Shown one piece after another: positions 1 to 9,733 of a stretch of DNA of 64,000 nucleotides. Made by a program: the position numbers and the translations under genes. Within the stretch, counting starts at the first letter, position 1. The number at the start of each line of letters is the position of its first letter. The notes under the pieces were generated by a model, which was given only the letters and a program-made list of their open reading frames with translations, made no database searches and had not been told where the DNA came from. The stretch is from Woeseiaceae bacterium (lineage in GTDB: Bacteria > Pseudomonadota > Gammaproteobacteria > Steroidobacterales > Woeseiaceae): assembly GCA_030066655.1 (NCBI GenBank), contig JASJBE010000003.1, positions 2,032-66,031 on the forward strand. Direction: 5' to 3'.

Positions 1-1106
1 ACCTGCAGTTCGTCGTCGGCCAGCTGCATAAGCTCCCGCTGCTGGATGATGAGCCTGTTGGCACCGACATCGTCATCGGTCCCAATGCGAACAAGCCCCT
101 GCGCCTCGACATACCGCTGTTCGTGTCGGATATGAGCTTCGGTGCGCTGTCCGAAGAGGCGAAAGTGGCACTGTCGAAAGGTGCAGAGCTCGCCGGCACC
201 GGCATCTGTTCCGGCGAGGGCGGCATGCTTCCGGAGGAACAGGCGTCTAACTCACGCTACTTCTATGAACTGGCGTCGGCGAGGTTCGGGTTCTCCTGGG
301 ACAAGGTCCAGAAGACCCAGGCCTTCCATTTCAAGGGCGGCCAGGGCGCAAAAACCGGGACCGGCGGGCATCTCCCCGGTAACAAGGTGCAAGGCAAGAT
401 TGCCGAGGTTCGAGAGCTTCCCGAGGGCCAGTCGGCAATCTCGCCGGCGCGATTCCCCGAGTGGGAGACGCTGAGCCAGTTCAAGGACTTCACGGCCGAG
501 GTGCGCGAAAACACCGGTGGCATTCCGGTCGGCTTTAAACTGTCGGCGCAGCACATCGAGAAAGATATCGACGCGGCTCTGGAGGTTGGCGTCGATTACA
601 TTATCCTCGACGGTCGTGGAGGTGGCACCGGCGCCGCGCCGCTGATATTTCGCGACAACATCTCCGTGCCGACGATCCCGGCGCTCGCGCGTGCACGCCG
701 GCACCTGGACACTTGTGAGGCCGCGGGCATCACGCTGATCATCACCGGCGGCCTGAGAACGCCGGCCGACTTCGCCAAGGCAATGGCGCTGGGCGCCGAC
801 GGCATCGCGGTTTCGAACGCGGCGATCCAGGCGATCGGTTGTCTCGGCATGCGGGCCTGTCACACAAACAACTGCCCGGTCGGCATCGCGACGCAAAAAC
901 AGCACCTTCGCGATCGTCTGCCGGTGGACATCGCGGCCGAGCGTCTCGCTCGCTTCTTCACTTCGGCCGTCGAGCTGATGACTGTCGTCGCGCGTGCGGC
1001 CGGACACCGACACCTGTCGGAGTTCAGTATCGACGACCTGACGTCGTTCAAGTCCGACATGTGCGAGTTGACCGGCGTTGCCTACGGCGGCGTCGGAGGG
1101 CGGTAG
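1..1106 (+). CDS. FMN-binding glutamate synthase-family protein (GltB FMN/TIM-barrel domain only); the 5' end lies outside the window
   Basis: The frame-3 ORF is open from nt 3 (LQFVVGQLHKLPLLDDE...) and stops at TAG 1104-1106. Motifs FVSDMSFGALS, GGQGAKTGTGGHLPG, DGRGGGTGAAP and ITGGLRT are typical of the glutamate synthase FMN domain. No amidotransferase domain is visible. Confidence 0.8.
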   Translation, partial: LQFVVGQLHKLPLLDDEPVGTDIVIGPNANKPLRLDIPLFVSDMSFGALSEEAKVALSKGAELAGTGICSGEGGMLPEEQASNSRYFYELASARFGFSWDKVQKTQAFHFKGGQGAKTGTGGHLPGNKVQGKIAEVRELPEGQSAISPARFPEWETLSQFKDFTAEVRENTGGIPVGFKLSAQHIEKDIDAALEVGVDYIILDGRGGGTGAAPLIFRDNISVPTIPALARARRHLDTCEAAGITLIITGGLRTPADFAKAMALGADGIAVSNAAIQAIGCLGMRACHTNNCPVGIATQKQHLRDRLPVDIAAERLARFFTSAVELMTVVARAAGHRHLSEFSIDDLTSFKSDMCELTGVAYGGVGGR

Positions 1107-1107
1107 C

Positions 1108-1938
1108 ATGGCTGACGCCAAGTTCCCCGATCTCGACCCGGCTGCGTTTGATACGACGCGCCGCGCTCTCCACGCCTATTCGAAAGTCGCCGGCGCCTGG
1201 GCGAAAGCGACGCGGAAAAAACGCAAGCACTGGTGGCACGCCAGCCTGCGTCCGTCCCTTTACGGCATGACGACGGGCGTCATCTATGGCGACACGGATT
1301 TCGAGATCGAGCTGAACCTGGCGCAGAGCTGCGTGGAAGTTCGTACCTGCTCATCGATGCATCGCGAGCAGCTTTCCGGACAATCGAGCGCCGAGCTCGC
1401 GGAGACGATACGCAACACGCTGTTTGCGTCTGGCGTCGACCGGGGTCTGACACCGCCTGACGATGTCGAATCCGACAACAAGCATCCCGACTACTCACCC
1501 AGACAAGCGAGTCTCATGCACCAGGCCATCGGATCGATCGCGTCGGCGCTAGAGGACTTTCGCTCAGGGATTCGCGAGGAGAAGAGCCCGATCCAGATCT
1601 GGCCGCATCATTTCGACGTATCGATGATCTGGCTGCCGGGCACGAAGGTGCCGGGCCAGGACCCCGCGAACGAAGAGTATGCGGACAAGCAGATGAACTT
1701 CGGTTTCGTGTTTGGCGATGAAGGCATCCCGGAACCGTACTTCTACGTCACCGCGTATCCGCTTCCCGACGAGATGACCGCCGTCGAACTGCCCAAAGGA
1801 ACGTCGTGGCAAAGCGAGGGATTCAGCGGAGCCGTGGTGCTCTACAGGGACGTCGTGAAGCACGCGGACCCGGCTGCTTACCTGATGGACCTGTGGACCC
1901 GATTGATCGAGAACGGTCGGACACACATGTGTGCCTGA
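1108..1938 (+). CDS. DUF5996-like conserved hypothetical protein
   Basis: ATG 1108 lies 1 nt after the upstream stop. The HWWHASLRPSLYGMTTG segment resembles the HWWH...LY...GLTT signature I associate with DUF5996. GC-rich third codon positions support coding. Confidence 0.6.
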   Translation: MADAKFPDLDPAAFDTTRRALHAYSKVAGAWAKATRKKRKHWWHASLRPSLYGMTTGVIYGDTDFEIELNLAQSCVEVRTCSSMHREQLSGQSSAELAETIRNTLFASGVDRGLTPPDDVESDNKHPDYSPRQASLMHQAIGSIASALEDFRSGIREEKSPIQIWPHHFDVSMIWLPGTKVPGQDPANEEYADKQMNFGFVFGDEGIPEPYFYVTAYPLPDEMTAVELPKGTSWQSEGFSGAVVLYRDVVKHADPAAYLMDLWTRLIENGRTHMCA

Positions 1939-1989
1939 GGAGAGTTCGCATCAACGACGCACGCTGTCGAATAACAGGAATAGAGACTG

Positions 1990-3972
1990 ATGAGTGAAGA
2001 AAAACTGCAATGGCACAAAGTTGCTAATGTCGATGAACTGCCGGAGGGTCGAGTAAAAACCGTGACGGCCGGCGTGCACTCGATGGCGCTGACCAACATC
2101 GACGGCGAGTTCACCGCGATGGATAACCGCTGTCCGCACCAGGGCGGACCGCTCGGCGAAGGGTCGATCGAGGTCGGTGAAGGTGGCCAGTGCTGGCTGC
2201 GCTGCCCCTGGCACGGCTGGGATTTCGATCCGAAGACCGGCCGTCCGCCAGGCGGCCACGAAGACAGCGGTCAGCGACTATTCCCGCTCAAAGTTCGCGA
2301 CGACGGCATCTACGTCGGCCTTGAGCCGGACCCGGAACACGAGACGACCGTCACCGACCTGATGGCGGAGACGATGACCAACTGGGGCGTAACCAGCGTC
2401 TTCGGCATGGTCGGCCACTCCAACCTCGGCCTCGCCGATGCGCTGCGTCTGCAGGAGTCGAAGGGCAAGCTGAACTACTACGGCATTCGTCATGAAGGCG
2501 CCGCGGCGTTCGCCTGCTCGGGCTACGCGAAGCTTACGGGTAAGCCGGCGGCCTGCCTGACGATTGCGGGCCCGGGCGCCACGAACCTGATGACCGGACT
2601 TTGGGACGCCAAGGTCGACCGCGCGCCGGTGCTCGCGCTGACGGGCCAGGTCGACGTACAGGTACTCGGCCCCGGCGCGTTCCAGGAGATAGACCTGCAT
2701 TCGGCGTTCGAGCCGGTGGCTCGGTTCAGCCAGACGGTCCTGCACACGTCGAAGCATGCGGAACTGATGACGCTCGCCTGCAAGAACGCCATCGTCGAGC
2801 GGGACGTCGCGCACCTTATCTTCCCGGATGACGTGCAGACGCTGCCGGCCGACGAGTCCGCGGTCGCCTCCGGGCCCGGCGGAAGGATCGCGACGCACCG
2901 AATTGCTCCAGACGATGATTCAGTCACGGCGGCACTGGAGTTGATCGGCCAGTCGAAGCGACCGATCGTCATCGTCGGCTACGGCGCGCGCGAGTCGATG
3001 GATGAGGTCATCGCACTGGCGGAACGATTGAACGCTCCGGTATTGACGACGTTCAAGGCGAAGGGCCAGATCTCGGATCATCACCCGCTGGCTGCAGGCG
3101 TGCTCGGACGATCGGGAACCCCGGTAGCGAGCTGGTTCATGAACGAATGCGATCTGATCCTCGCGTTCGGTTCTTCCTTTTCGAATCACACCGGCATCAC
3201 GCCGAAGCGCCCGATCATCCAGGTCGACTTCGAGCGCATGGCGCTCGGCAAGTTCCACCGCGTCAGTGTCCCGGTCTGGGGCGAGATCGGCGTTACCTCG
3301 GGGCGCTTTGCCGATGGCCTCGGCGACGCCGGCCACACCGTCGATCAGCGAGCGGAGGTCGCGGAGCGCTGGGCGATCTGGCGGGCGGAAAAGGCGAATC
3401 GCCTCGGTGACGACCAGAGCGAAGGCGTCGCATCGGCGAACATCTTCGCCGCGTTGTCGGATGTTGCCCCGGAGGACGCGGTCATTGCCGTCGACGTCGG
3501 CAACAACACCTATTCGTTCGGGCGCTACTTCGAGTGCAAGAACCAGCGGGTGCTGATGTCGGGCTACCTTGGCTCGATCGGATTCTCGTTCCCGGCAGCG
3601 ATGGGGGCGTGGGCTGCGACGCAGGACCAGGAGCAGTACAAGGGACGCAAGGTGGTCTCCGTCAGTGGCGACGGAGGTTTCGGCCAATACCTCGCCGACT
3701 TTACGACGGCCGTGAAGTACAACATGGACATCACCCACGTGCTGCTCAACAACTCGGAGCTTGGAAAAATCAGCAAAGAGCAGCGCGCCGGGGAGTGGCC
3801 GGTCTGGCAGACGAGCCTGCACAACCCGAGTTTCGCCGCATTCGCGAGGCTCTGCGGCGGGAAAGGGGTCAACGTGAAGACGGCCGATCAGTTGCCGGGG
3901 GCGCTCGAAGAGGCGCTGGCGCACGACGGGCCAGCGCTGGTCGAGATCGTGACCGATGCTGAGCTGATATAG
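1990..3972 (+). CDS. Rieske [2Fe-2S] domain fused to a thiamine-diphosphate enzyme (pyruvate oxidase / acetolactate synthase-like)
   Basis: The N-terminal ~105 aa carry CPHQGG...CPWHGWDF (CxH...CxxH Rieske ligands). The remainder has the three-domain ThDP-enzyme layout and the ThDP motif GDGGF...LLNNSELG near the C-terminus. Confidence 0.8.
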   Translation: MSEEKLQWHKVANVDELPEGRVKTVTAGVHSMALTNIDGEFTAMDNRCPHQGGPLGEGSIEVGEGGQCWLRCPWHGWDFDPKTGRPPGGHEDSGQRLFPLKVRDDGIYVGLEPDPEHETTVTDLMAETMTNWGVTSVFGMVGHSNLGLADALRLQESKGKLNYYGIRHEGAAAFACSGYAKLTGKPAACLTIAGPGATNLMTGLWDAKVDRAPVLALTGQVDVQVLGPGAFQEIDLHSAFEPVARFSQTVLHTSKHAELMTLACKNAIVERDVAHLIFPDDVQTLPADESAVASGPGGRIATHRIAPDDDSVTAALELIGQSKRPIVIVGYGARESMDEVIALAERLNAPVLTTFKAKGQISDHHPLAAGVLGRSGTPVASWFMNECDLILAFGSSFSNHTGITPKRPIIQVDFERMALGKFHRVSVPVWGEIGVTSGRFADGLGDAGHTVDQRAEVAERWAIWRAEKANRLGDDQSEGVASANIFAALSDVAPEDAVIAVDVGNNTYSFGRYFECKNQRVLMSGYLGSIGFSFPAAMGAWAATQDQEQYKGRKVVSVSGDGGFGQYLADFTTAVKYNMDITHVLLNNSELGKISKEQRAGEWPVWQTSLHNPSFAAFARLCGGKGVNVKTADQLPGALEEALAHDGPALVEIVTDAELI

Positions 3973-4007
3973 CTAATCTGGGCTTCAGCAGCCCGGGCCG
4001 CCTGCCG

Positions 4008-4910
4008 TCAGAAGCTGATCTGTACCTTCAGGTAGTGGTCGACCAGCAACGCGCCGAACAGGATCGCGAGATACGTGATCGAGTACTTGAACGTTCGCAT
4101 CGGCAGTACCGGGTCGTCTTTCCTGCGCATCATCTCGATGGCGAAATACAGGAAGTACGCGCCTGAGCCTACCGCGGCGACGAGGTAGATCAGGCCGCTC
4201 ATGCCGATCAGGTAGGGGACGATCGTGACGACGAGCATCAGGATCGTGTACAGCAGGATGTTTAAGCGCGTGAAGTCTTCGCCGTGGGTTACCGGCAGCA
4301 TCGGGATGCCGACCTTCGCATAGTCTTCCTTGCGCGCAATAGCCAGCGCCCAGAAGTGTGGCGGCGTCCACGTGAAGATGATCAGGAACAGCAGCAGCGC
4401 GGCGGCGGAGACTTCGTTCGTGACCGCGGCCCAGCCCAGCACGGGCGGTGCGGCACCGGCGGCGCCACCGATGACGATGTTCTGCGGCGTCGCACGCTTC
4501 AGCCACACCGTGTAGATGACCGCATAACCGATCAGCGACGAGAAGGTCAGTACCGCGGTCAGCGGATTCACCAGGAACCAGAGCACGAACATCGACAGCA
4601 CGCAGAGGATCGTCGCGAACGTGAAAGCCGAGCGCTCACTCAGACGGCCTTCCGGCAGCGGGCGGCCGCGGGTCCTGAGCATGTGAATGTCGATGCGTGC
4701 GTCGAGCAGATGGTTGTAGACGGCTGCGGACGATGCGGCCAGGCCTATCCCCAGCGTGCCGAACACGAGCGCCTGCAGTCCCGGCCAGCCCGGCACGGAG
4801 AGGAACATGCCGACGACCGCGGTGAAGACGATCAGCATGACGACGCGAGGCTTGGTCAGCTCGTAGAAATCACGCCAGTCGGCGGAAAGATTGTGGACTA
4901 CAGCATTCAT
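4008..4910 (-). CDS. cyoE: Protoheme IX farnesyltransferase (heme O synthase)
   Basis: UbiA-family polytopic membrane protein with the Asp-rich motif YNHLLDARID. It sits at the end of the cox assembly cluster. Confidence 0.9.
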   Translation of the reverse strand: MNAVVHNLSADWRDFYELTKPRVVMLIVFTAVVGMFLSVPGWPGLQALVFGTLGIGLAASSAAVYNHLLDARIDIHMLRTRGRPLPEGRLSERSAFTFATILCVLSMFVLWFLVNPLTAVLTFSSLIGYAVIYTVWLKRATPQNIVIGGAAGAAPPVLGWAAVTNEVSAAALLLFLIIFTWTPPHFWALAIARKEDYAKVGIPMLPVTHGEDFTRLNILLYTILMLVVTIVPYLIGMSGLIYLVAAVGSGAYFLYFAIEMMRRKDDPVLPMRTFKYSITYLAILFGALLVDHYLKVQISF

Positions 4911-4923
4911 GATGACGTTCTAC

Positions 4924-5487
4924 TCAGCCGATTTGCGAAATACGCAGCAGACGCTTGATATCGGAGACCATATCTTTGGGATTCATCCCGGGCTCGAAAT
5001 AGAGCACGAGATTTCCGAGAGGGTCTACAAGATAGAAGCCGCCAGCCGGCAATACATCTGGCCGTTTGTTATCGAGCAACTGGCTCAGTTCCCTATCCCG
5101 GAACGTTATGAGACCTTCATGCTCTGCACTGACAAAAAGGGTATCCGGAGCACTGTCGCCATGCAAGAAAATCCGCTCAACCCGGTCCATTTCACGGCCC
5201 AGCATCTTGCGCGACTGGCGCACCGTGTACAGCGCGTCCCGGCAAGTGTCTTCGCAGGCGGCCTCATTCGTATAAACCAGGCGCCATTTGCCGGCCGCGA
5301 CGTCGTGCAGGCTGGATTCCGGCAAAGTATCGTCCAGGTTGACGATGGGCTCCAGCAGGGCGCCCTTGTTCGCACCCAGGTCGACTTCCTGACCGCCGAA
5401 ATACATATAAACGGCGATGGCCATGGGGCCGAAAAAGGCCAGCGCTATCAGGAACAGCGTCAGCTTTCCTGAACTCTTCGTACTCAT
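4924..5487 (-). CDS. SCO1/SenC-like thioredoxin-fold cytochrome oxidase assembly protein (membrane anchored)
   Basis: The internal ATG 5487 overlaps the SURF1 stop (ATGA). An N-terminal TM segment (LTLFLIALAFFGPMAIAVYMYF) is followed by a soluble domain with CEDTC (CxxxC). The position matches the unnamed gene between SURF1 and heme-synthesis genes in Pseudomonas-type cox clusters. Confidence 0.55.
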   Translation of the reverse strand: MSTKSSGKLTLFLIALAFFGPMAIAVYMYFGGQEVDLGANKGALLEPIVNLDDTLPESSLHDVAAGKWRLVYTNEAACEDTCRDALYTVRQSRKMLGREMDRVERIFLHGDSAPDTLFVSAEHEGLITFRDRELSQLLDNKRPDVLPAGGFYLVDPLGNLVLYFEPGMNPKDMVSDIKRLLRISQIG

Positions 5488-6194
5488 CTTCTCTTCCTCT
5501 TTCGCCAGAAGCGAAATATCAACAGCGCTGACAGCATCGCTGCCATCGCAAACCACTGGAACGCGTAACCGAAGTGCCGGCTGGCCGACATCTCCTCGGG
5601 CTCCCACTGTCGGACGAAGCCGTTCGGCTCCTTTTCGTCCAGCAGCAATACAAACGGCAACACGTCGCGGCCCAGCTGATCCGAGACGTCGCTCGCGACC
5701 GGATAGACCGCGTGCTTCGGCCAGTCACCGGCATCGGCGAACGGATCGCCCATGCGCATCCCCGCCCGGGGCAGACGGCCGACCCGGCCGAGCGCCGTCA
5801 CGGACGCGCCGCCGAGCTGAACCTGCGACTCTATCTGGTCACGGGGGCCACGCTCGATCCAGCCACGATTAACCAGTAGCAACGGACCGTCTGCCGATAC
5901 GGTGAGCGGCGTTACTACAAAGTGGCCAACTCGCCCGTCAACGATCATGTTGTCCAACAGGATCTGGCGGTCGCCGACGTATTGACCGTCGACCCGAAGC
6001 TGTTGGAACGGGCGAACCTCCATACCGTCGTAGTAGCGCTGAAACCCACCTTCGGCCGAGAACGCATCCAGCCCGGCGCGCTTGTCCAGGCCACGAGCGA
6101 CCTGCCACAGCCCGAGGCTTGCGAGCATCGCGACCACGACGGTGCCGATGACGTACGGCAGCCAGTCGGTTTTGTTCGCGCTGGTGGCATTCAT
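5484..6194 (-). CDS. SURF1 family cytochrome oxidase biogenesis protein
   Basis: N- and C-terminal TM segments flank a periplasmic domain (LLVNRGWIERG). The position in the cox cluster fits. Confidence 0.8.
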   Translation of the reverse strand: MNATSANKTDWLPYVIGTVVVAMLASLGLWQVARGLDKRAGLDAFSAEGGFQRYYDGMEVRPFQQLRVDGQYVGDRQILLDNMIVDGRVGHFVVTPLTVSADGPLLLVNRGWIERGPRDQIESQVQLGGASVTALGRVGRLPRAGMRMGDPFADAGDWPKHAVYPVASDVSDQLGRDVLPFVLLLDEKEPNGFVRQWEPEEMSASRHFGYAFQWFAMAAMLSALLIFRFWRKRKRR

Positions 6195-6297
6195 GCAGGT
6201 CGCTGGTCCCGATGGACGTTACAGGCCGTTACTGTTTCCCGGTACTGTTTATAAGTCTCATTCATTTATACTACGCCGCCTCCAAAAGGATGCCGCC

Positions 6298-6495
6298 ATG
6301 AAAACTGTTGTACTTCTGCTGCTCTTAGCAATCGTCGCGAGCCTGGCTTCGGGGCTCTTCTACCTGACGAAGAAGAACGACGATCCGACCCGCCTGCTGC
6401 GCTCGCTGCAGATTCGTGTCGTGCTCTCGGTCGCGCTGGTGGTGCTGCTGATCTCAGCCTATTTCTTCGGCTGGATCCCCCCCGTTCCGCAATAA
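6298..6495 (+). CDS. Twin transmembrane helix small protein (DUF2909)
   Basis: ATG 6298 lies within track ORF 6082..6495. The 65-aa product has two hydrophobic helices (MKTVVLLLLLAIVASLASGLFYL ... VLSVALVVLLISAYFFGW). Placement between coxC and SURF1 is conserved. Confidence 0.65.
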   Translation: MKTVVLLLLLAIVASLASGLFYLTKKNDDPTRLLRSLQIRVVLSVALVVLLISAYFFGWIPPVPQ

Positions 6496-6517
6496 ATCGA
6501 GATTGTCAGACTGGATT

Positions 6518-6544
6518 AAAAAACGGGCGCTTCTGCGCCCGTTT
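6518..6544. terminator. Bidirectional intrinsic terminator shared by the DUF2909 gene and coxC
   Basis: aaaaaacgggcgc-ttct-gcgcccgttt forms a 10-bp GC-rich stem. An A-run precedes it and a T-run follows it, and the minus-strand reading gives a T6 tail. Confidence 0.7.
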
Positions 6545-6569
6545 GTAGATCTGGATTCCCGGGCGCTCG

Positions 6570-7439
6570 TCACATCCAGTAGACGAACACGTATAGCCCG
6601 ACCCAGACGACATCAACGAAGTGCCAGTACCACGCGGTCGCCTCGAACGCGAAGTGCTTTTCCGGCGTGAAGTGCCCGCGCATGACGCGCAGCCAGATGA
6701 TGAACAGCATGATCGCGCCGATCGACACGTGCAGACCGTGGAAACCGGTCAGCATGAAGAACGTCGAGCCGTAGATGCCGGTCGTCAGCTTCAGGTTCAG
6801 GTCCTGGTAAGCGTGAACATACTCGTAGGCCTGCAGGCCGACGAAGATGAAGCCCAGCAGGAAAGTCGCGGCCAGCATCAGCTTCAGCGTGCCACGATGC
6901 CCTGCGATCAGTGCGTGGTGCGCGATCGTCACCGTGATCGAGCTGGTCAGCAGGATGGCCGTGTTGATCAACGGCAGGCCCATCGGGCCCATGACCGTAA
7001 AGTCGCCACCGATCTCGCCCGGGCCGTTGGTCGGCCACGTCGCCTCGAAGCCTTGCCAGAGCACGGAGTTCGTAAAGAAGTTGTTGCTCTCGCCACCCAG
7101 CCACGGCACCGACATGTTGCGCGCGTAGAACAGGGCGCCGAAGAAGGCCGCGAAGAACATGACCTCGGAGAAGATGAACCACATCATCCCCATGCGGAAG
7201 GACTTGTCGACCTGCAGGTTATAGACGCCCTGCTGGTTCTCGCCGATCACCGCGCCGAACCAGCCAGCCATCATGTAGATCAGAACGGCGAAGCCACCGA
7301 TCATGACCCAGAAGCCGGTGTCGGCGCCGTTCAGCCAGGCCGATACACCGACCATGAGGAGCAACAGGCCGGCCGAGCCAACAACGGGCCAGTGGCTGTC
7401 ATGAGGAACGTAGTAGCGATCTTCAGCGTGTGTAGACAT
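6570..7439 (-). CDS. coxC: Cytochrome c oxidase subunit III
   Basis: Seven-TM protein ending WYWHFVDVVWVGLYVFVYWM, which is characteristic of subunit III. Confidence 0.92.
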   Translation of the reverse strand: MSTHAEDRYYVPHDSHWPVVGSAGLLLLMVGVSAWLNGADTGFWVMIGGFAVLIYMMAGWFGAVIGENQQGVYNLQVDKSFRMGMMWFIFSEVMFFAAFFGALFYARNMSVPWLGGESNNFFTNSVLWQGFEATWPTNGPGEIGGDFTVMGPMGLPLINTAILLTSSITVTIAHHALIAGHRGTLKLMLAATFLLGFIFVGLQAYEYVHAYQDLNLKLTTGIYGSTFFMLTGFHGLHVSIGAIMLFIIWLRVMRGHFTPEKHFAFEATAWYWHFVDVVWVGLYVFVYWM

Positions 7440-7454
7440 CGTTTCTTCCAGTTA

Positions 7455-7997
7455 TCAGTCCTTGCTCGATACGCGCATCGTATCGAAGAAGGTGTATTGC
7501 AAAGTGATCGTATCAACGTACTCCGGAATGTCCGGATCTACGATGAACTGCAGCGGCATTGCACGCGACTCCTTCGCGGCAAACTCCTGGTTCTCGAAAC
7601 AGAAGCACTCCAGCTTCTTGAAGTGCTCGGCGGCCGCGATCGGCGCGACGCTCGGAACGGCCTGACCGATCTTTTCCTTGTCCGTCAGGTTCTCCGCCGT
7701 GAACGTCGCGAAGTACAGCTTGCCCGGATGCACGATCATGCTGTCGGCGTCGGGCTTCAGGTCCCACGGCGCGTAATCGTTGACCGTCGTAACGAACTCG
7801 ACTCGAATCTCACGGGTCAGGTCAGGCGCCTCAACCGCCGTCGCCGCCTCGGTGTTCGTGCGCCCGCCGAAGCCGGTGATCTCGCAGAACACGTCGTAAA
7901 GCGGCACCAGCGCAAAGCCGAAACCGAACATGATGACCGCCATCCCCAAAAGGCGCGTCAGCAGCTTGCGATTCTCTGTCTTCGGTGTGTCAGTCAT
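7455..7997 (-). CDS. ctaG: Cytochrome c oxidase assembly protein CtaG/Cox11
   Basis: CFCFENQ copper-binding motif and a single N-terminal TM segment. I prefer ATG 7997 over the track's GTG 8021. Confidence 0.88.
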   Translation of the reverse strand: MTDTPKTENRKLLTRLLGMAVIMFGFGFALVPLYDVFCEITGFGGRTNTEAATAVEAPDLTREIRVEFVTTVNDYAPWDLKPDADSMIVHPGKLYFATFTAENLTDKEKIGQAVPSVAPIAAAEHFKKLECFCFENQEFAAKESRAMPLQFIVDPDIPEYVDTITLQYTFFDTMRVSSKD

Positions 7998-8004
7998 GCG
8001 TGAA

Positions 8005-8121
8005 TCAGGAGTTAAGGACACCCATGAGGATAAACCCTACATAGAAGACGAGCGCCACCGCGACCAGTACCGCGGTCGTGCGGAAGACGCCCTGCTTCTG
8101 CTTTTCGGTCTTCTCGCCCAC
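8005..8121 (-). CDS. Candidate cytochrome oxidase small assembly protein (38 aa, one TM)
   Basis: Not in the ORF track because it is shorter than 60 aa. GTG 8121-8119 overlaps the coxA stop (TAGTG). The product is (M)GEKTEKQKQGVFRTTAVLVAVALVFYVGFILMGVLNS. 30 of 38 third codon positions are G/C, and the gene fills the coxA-ctaG gap. Confidence 0.5.
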   Translation of the reverse strand: MGEKTEKQKQGVFRTTAVLVAVALVFYVGFILMGVLNS

Positions 8122-9731
8122 TAGTGGCTGCTGTGCGAGTGACTCTTGATGAGCTCATCGCCCGGCGGCGTATCGAAGGTGTGATACGGAGCCGGCGACG
8201 GCACGGTCCACTCGAGGCCAATTGGGTTGTCCCAGACGGCATCGGTTGCCTTCTCGCCCTTCTTCGCGGTCAGCAGGACGTAGACGAAGATCAGCTGCGA
8301 CAGGCCGAAGCCGATGGCGCCGATGCTCGACATCATGTTGAAGTCCGCAAACTGCGTCGAGTAGTCCGGGATACGCCGAGGCATACCAGCGAGGCCGACG
8401 AAGTGCATCGGGAAGAACGTCAGGTTGACGAAGATCGTCGACGTCCAGAAGTGCCACTTGCCGGCGGTCTCGTTGTACATGTAGCCGGTCCACTTCGGCA
8501 GCCAGTAGTAGGCGCCGGCCATCAGCGCGAAGATCGAGCCCGGCACGAGTACGTAGTGGAAGTGCGCGACGACGAAGTAGGTATCGTGGTACTGGATATC
8601 CGCGGCCGTGATCGCGAGCATCAATCCTGAGAATCCGCCGATCGTGAACAGGAAGACGAAGGCCAGCGAGAACAGCATCGGCGTCTCGAAGGTCATCGAC
8701 CCCTTCCACATCGTGCCTACCCAGTTGAAGACCTTCACACCCGTCGGGACCGCGATGAGCATCGTGGCGAACATGAAGAACAGCTGGCCCGACAGCGGCA
8801 TACCAACCGTGAACATGTGGTGCGCCCAGACGATGAATGACAGGAACGCGATCGATGAACCGGCGTAAACCATCGAGTCGTGGCCGAACAGCGGCTTGCG
8901 GGAGAACGTCGGGATGATCTCCGAGATCACGCCGAAGGCCGGCAGGATCATGATGTAGACCTCGGGGTGGCCGAAGAACCAGAAGATGTGCTGGAACATG
9001 ACGGGGTCACCGCCGCCGGCTGCCTGGAAGAACGACGTGCCGAAGAACTGGTCGGTCAGGAGCATCGTGACGGCGCCTGCGAGTACCGGCATAACGGCGA
9101 TCAGCAGGTAGGCCGTAATCAGCCACATCCAGACGAAGATCGGCATCTGCAGCAGCGTCATCTTCGGTGCGCGCATGTTCAGGATCGTCACGATGATGTT
9201 GATCGCGCCCATGATCGACGACAGGCCCATCAGGTGGACCGAGAAGATCAGGTACGGGAAGGCATCACCGGTCTGCAGGATCAGCGGCGGATACATCGTC
9301 CAGCCGCCGGCCGGAGCGCCGCCCGGCATGAACAGCGTCGACAGCAGGATGCCGAATGCGACCGGCAGGATCCAGAACGACCAGTTGTTCATGCGCGGCA
9401 GCGCCATGTCTGGCGCGCCGATCATCATCGGGATCATCCAGTTGGCGAGGCCGACGAAGGCCGGCATGACCGCGCCGAATACCATGATCAGCGCATGCAT
9501 TGTCGTCATCGAGTTGAAGAACTCGGGATGCACGAACTGCAGGCCCGGCTGCATGAGCTCGGTGCGAACCACCAGCGCCATCGCGCCGCCGATGAAGAAC
9601 ATGACGAGGCTGAAAATGAGGTACAGCGTGCCGATGTCTTTGTGGTTGGTCGTGAACAGCCAGCGCTTGATGCCCTTGGCCGGTCCGTGATGGTCGTGTT
9701 CCTTGATCGCGTCTGCGACTGTAGAGGCCAT
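8121..9731 (-). CDS. coxA: Cytochrome c oxidase subunit I
   Basis: Contains the [17 protein letters not shown] motif and 12 TM segments; 536 aa. Confidence 0.95.
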   Translation of the reverse strand: MASTVADAIKEHDHHGPAKGIKRWLFTTNHKDIGTLYLIFSLVMFFIGGAMALVVRTELMQPGLQFVHPEFFNSMTTMHALIMVFGAVMPAFVGLANWMIPMMIGAPDMALPRMNNWSFWILPVAFGILLSTLFMPGGAPAGGWTMYPPLILQTGDAFPYLIFSVHLMGLSSIMGAINIIVTILNMRAPKMTLLQMPIFVWMWLITAYLLIAVMPVLAGAVTMLLTDQFFGTSFFQAAGGGDPVMFQHIFWFFGHPEVYIMILPAFGVISEIIPTFSRKPLFGHDSMVYAGSSIAFLSFIVWAHHMFTVGMPLSGQLFFMFATMLIAVPTGVKVFNWVGTMWKGSMTFETPMLFSLAFVFLFTIGGFSGLMLAITAADIQYHDTYFVVAHFHYVLVPGSIFALMAGAYYWLPKWTGYMYNETAGKWHFWTSTIFVNLTFFPMHFVGLAGMPRRIPDYSTQFADFNMMSSIGAIGFGLSQLIFVYVLLTAKKGEKATDAVWDNPIGLEWTVPSPAPYHTFDTPPGDELIKSHSHSSH

Positions 9732-9733
9732 CG

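Noticed and set aside
6621-8003. Very long antisense or shadow ORFs in the track. Examples: 6621..8003 (+, 460 aa), 8880..9791 (+), 15896..16753 (+), 17653..18864 (+, 403 aa), 48405..49529 (+), 49749..50945 (+, 398 aa), 55128..56027 (-), 60248..61306 (-, 352 aa).
   Set aside because: Each lies opposite or out of frame to a gene with unmistakable conserved motifs (cox subunits, recG, spoT, ppc, trpE, trpB/A). Their translations are Arg/Ala/Gly/Pro/His-rich low-complexity strings, typical of stop-codon-poor alternative frames in high-GC DNA.
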